Part shown: positions 62,716-64,000 of the stretch, one piece after another
How the letters are laid out: each line of letters opens with the position of its first letter
Position numbering within the stretch: the stretch's first letter is position 1
NCBI RefSeq assembly: GCF_001194135.2
Contig: NC_068988.1
Span: 54,772,533-54,836,532 of the forward strand
Direction of reading: 5' to 3'
Source of the DNA: Octopus bimaculoides
Taxonomy: Eukaryota
DNA: 64,000 bases
Position numbers and translations under genes: made by a program
The notes under the pieces: model-generated
What the model was told of the DNA's origin: nothing
Database searches by the model: none
Seen by the model: the letters and a program-made list of their open reading frames with translations, nothing else

Positions 62716-63216
62716 NNNNNNNNNNNNNNNNNNNNNNNNNNNNNNNNNNNNNNNNNNNNNNNNNNNNNNNNNNNNNNNNNNNNNNNNNNNNNNNNNNNNN
62801 NNNNNNNNNNNNNNNNNNNNNNNNNNNNNNNNNNNNNNNNNNNNNNNNNNNNNNNNNNNNNNNNNNNNNNNNNNNNNNNNNNNNNNNNNNNNNNNNNNNN
62901 NNNNNNNNNNNNNNNNNNNNNNNNNNNNNNNNNNNNNNNNNNNNNNNNNNNNNNNNNNNNNNNNNNNNNNNNNNNNNNNNNNNNNNNNNNNNNNNNNNNN
63001 NNNNNNNNNNNNNNNNNNNNNNNNNNNNNNNNNNNNNNNNNNNNNNNNNNNNNNNNNNNNNNNNNNNNNNNNNNNNNNNNNNNNNNNNNNNNNNNNNNNN
63101 NNNNNNNNNNNNNNNNNNNNNNNNNNNNNNNNNNNNNNNNNNNNNNNNNNNNNNNNNNNNNNNNNNNNNNNNNNNNNNNNNNNNNNNNNNNNNNNNNNNN
63201 NNNNNNNNNNNNNNNN
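62716..63216. other. Largest assembly gap (other gaps: 8098-8107, 13946-13955, 23271-23369, 24058-24231, 38291-38473, 46061-46107, 53175-53274, 55690-55893, 59348-59362)
   Basis: N runs, nearly all bordered by (AT)n, (AC)n or (CT)n. Confidence 0.99.
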
Positions 63217-63265
<49 letters not shown>

Positions 63266-64000
63266 GAGCTTTTACGCAGTTTCTGTCTACCAGATTCACT
63301 CATAAAGCATGGGTCTATAGCAGAAAATACTTGCTCAATGTGTTGCACAGTGGGACTGAACCTGAAACGACTTGACAGCAAAGCAAGCTTCTTCTTAACC
63401 AGGCCATCCCTGTGTACCATATTTATTTATTTATTGAAATTATTTGTACTAAAAGGTTGATTGTTATTGTTTAGCCCGAAGTCGTCTCTGCCACAGTTGA
63501 CCTATGATAAAAGACACATTCCAGCTATGACAGTTTGGTATTTTTAGTTATAAATATTGGTTTCAAATTTTGGTACATGGCCAGCAATTTCAGCGGAAAC
63601 AATAAGTCAGTTACAACAACCCCAATTCTCAGCTGGTACTTATTTTATCAACCCTCAAAGGATGAAAGGCAAAGTTGACCTTAGTGGTATCTGAACTCAG
63701 AACACATTGAAGGAAGAAATGCTACTAAGCATTTTTCCCAGCACTAACAATCCTGCCAGCGCACTGCTCTATATAGATATTAGATTACATAAGACTAGAT
63801 TACACAGTGTGCCTCTTCTTTTTATGATAGCAAGATATGAGTTAAAGGGGATTTTGTTGCTGTTTCTAGCAGGGCATGCAGCTCTGTAGTGACTTCCTGT
63901 TGCCTTGCTAAAAGGTTAGTTGTACATGAGAGTGGATCATTAATAGGTTACATGCACTTGACTGTGGGTTGTTATATTTATAGGTTACGCATATTGAGTC

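Overview
AT-rich, microsatellite-laden animal genomic DNA from a short-read scaffold (10 N-gaps, almost all abutting microsatellites). The SINE/LINE families resemble those of octopod cephalopods (Octopus); this is an inference from repeat recognition. The whole window lies inside one large + strand gene. Six phase-compatible coding exons (<1-1500, 12613-12944, 32263-32428, 34156-34254, 42828-43061, 46500-46980) encode a long disordered S/T/P/Q-rich region with TPxFPVSP(xTPY), LD-like and WLEQQQQKLK motifs, most consistent with the central region of a tensin; the PTP/C2 and SH2-PTB domains would lie outside the window. Introns hold tRNA-derived SINEs, RTE/CR1 LINE ends, a mariner relic, a Helitron relic with an intact 3' end, a piggyBac-type MITE family and an hAT MITE. 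Most interesting: (i) two short non-coding elements carrying minimal type-I hammerhead ribozyme folds of the Penelope/retrozyme type (36551-36585 minus; 62567-62604 plus); (ii) signs of a multi-promoter, cassette-exon isoform system in the host gene, including a CpG-retaining intronic island at about 50-54 kb. No rRNA, genuine tRNA or CRISPR array was found.
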